35,575 bases of DNA, from the NCBI RefSeq assembly GCF_001194135.2, contig NC_068986.1, positions 79,652,165 to 79,687,739 on the forward strand, given 5' to 3'. A program made the position numbers and the translations under genes. How positions within the stretch are numbered: position 1 is the first letter of the stretch; every line of letters starts with the position of its first letter. Below the pieces are notes generated by a model. That model did no database searches, had not been told where the DNA came from, and worked only from the letters and a program-made list of their open reading frames with translations. Shown piece by piece: positions 33,524 to 35,575 of this stretch. This DNA is from Octopus bimaculoides (Eukaryota).

Positions 33524-34447
33524 GTCTGCATCCAGACAGTTAGGTGATACAAGAAAGGGACAAAACATCCAGATAGACGATACAAGGAAACAAGGACAGG
33601 TCATTCGGATTTTTCTTTCCTCAGTCGAGATCAAGATTATCCTTGCAATTTCGGCTGGTTATTATCAATATTGCTCCAATCTAGCCAGCCCCAAGGAAAA
33701 ACTAAGCTAAGAGCATTAGATTCCTTGGAAGAAAGCAGCGAATGTATACAAAAATAAGGATTGGAAAAAAAAGAACAATGTTACAAAATACAATAAAAAT
33801 AATAAAACAGAACATAACAACGGGTGTCTTTCGACTAAGGACAAATTAAATTTACCTGGCGTGTGTGGAAATAAGAACTTACAGCAGGAATACAAGATTT
33901 CACAGGCACAGGGAGGAATAACGATGTCGCACGCACAACGGCCGGCCAAGAAAGAAAGACCACACTTGGCCGAACACCGGTCATGTGGGAAGAGAAGAGA
34001 GAGAGGTAGAGGCAGAGGGACAAAAGAATTAGAGAAGGGCGAGAAAAAATGACAGGGACAGAGTAAAGTGAAAAGTGGAGGGAAGGAAGAGAAGGCAAGG
34101 AAATGTGAGCGACGGGGAATGAAAGAACGAACAGTGTAATGAACGAATAAGGGTGAACGGGCTGATAGACAGAAATAGAGCGATACAAGATTTAGAAAAA
34201 TGTATACTTACATATAAGGGACAAGGTGTACGTACGCTGCTGTATATATATCTATAAATAATGGAGAACGGGACAGTATGTATGTATGTATGTATGTATG
34301 TAACCTCCAGTATTTGTTTTCAGTCTGTATTTATGCGGAAACTATTCATCAGTTACAACACTATTTCTGATATTGTTTAATCTCGCCATTAAAAAATCTG
34401 ATATTTGCATTGTCATGTGGATTTGCGACTTGAGAATATGCCCTTAC

Positions 34448-34925
<478 letters not shown>

Positions 34926-35489
34926 ACGTTTCTAAAGCAAGCTACGAAAGTATTGAAATCTTTAATACTGAATTTTTAGAAAATCTTGTTTCGAATACAA
35001 ATGGAATAATAATAAAATGGATCTGGCACTGTCCTGGGGAAAACTCAAATTCTACAAATTGTAATATAGGCAGATGTTTATTATCCAATCGGAAATGCAA
35101 GCGCGTCTGGCTTCATCGGAATTTTGTAATATTATAAAATGAAAGAAATCTGTATGTGTCTTCCAATGCTGGCGATTAATGTAAAATGATGAAGAAATTT
35201 GCTTACAAACAATATGGCAGCAAAGGCATTTGATGGATGATGGAAGGCAGCGATTGGGATTCTGTTAATGGTGGTGGTGGTGAAGGGGTCCAGGTGGAGG
35301 TGGATGATTAGTGGTGGCTGCTGCTGATGCTGCCCGTACTCCAAGCAGTGCTGGTGGTGTGATGGGTTGACGGGTGCGTAAATGATGAAGTGACTTAGAG
35401 TGGTGGCGGTGATGGTAGAGACAGTGGCGGCAGTGGTGATGTTTGTACACAGGCGCAAATATAAATGCACATGCATCAGTTCAACATGA

Positions 35490-35527
<38 letters not shown>

Positions 35528-35529
35528 GC

Positions 35530-35575
<46 letters not shown>

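Overview
AT-rich, microsatellite-dense eukaryotic DNA from a gapped scaffold (N gaps at about 1114-1704, 22435-22739, 23116-23317, 25892-26381, 28027-28822, 29291-29353, 30001-30049 and 32375-32645, most abutting simple repeats). The SINE families and repeat landscape look like an octopus/coleoid cephalopod genome; this is inference from recalled repeat sequences, not a search. No complete, recognisable protein-coding gene is present, and almost all ORFs in the track are microsatellite or low-complexity artefacts. Supportable content: (1) several copies of two tRNA-derived SINE families, one with an internal microsatellite; (2) decayed fragments of CR1/L2, RTE, R4/Dong and Tx1/L1 LINEs and a pogo/Tigger transposase; (3) a chain of four small minus-strand exon candidates at 12923-14020 with good splice signals and compatible phases; (4) type I hammerhead-ribozyme-like motifs of the Penelope/retrozyme kind, one nearly canonical (18323-18412, minus), with a degenerate same-strand partner whose cleavage site lies 181 nt away and a divergent inverted pair at 23719-23799; (5) two non-LTR elements sitting inside microsatellites, R4/Dong in (AAT)n and Tx1 in (GATA)n; (6) several strong hairpins and inverted repeats. 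No rRNA, functional tRNA or CRISPR array was seen.
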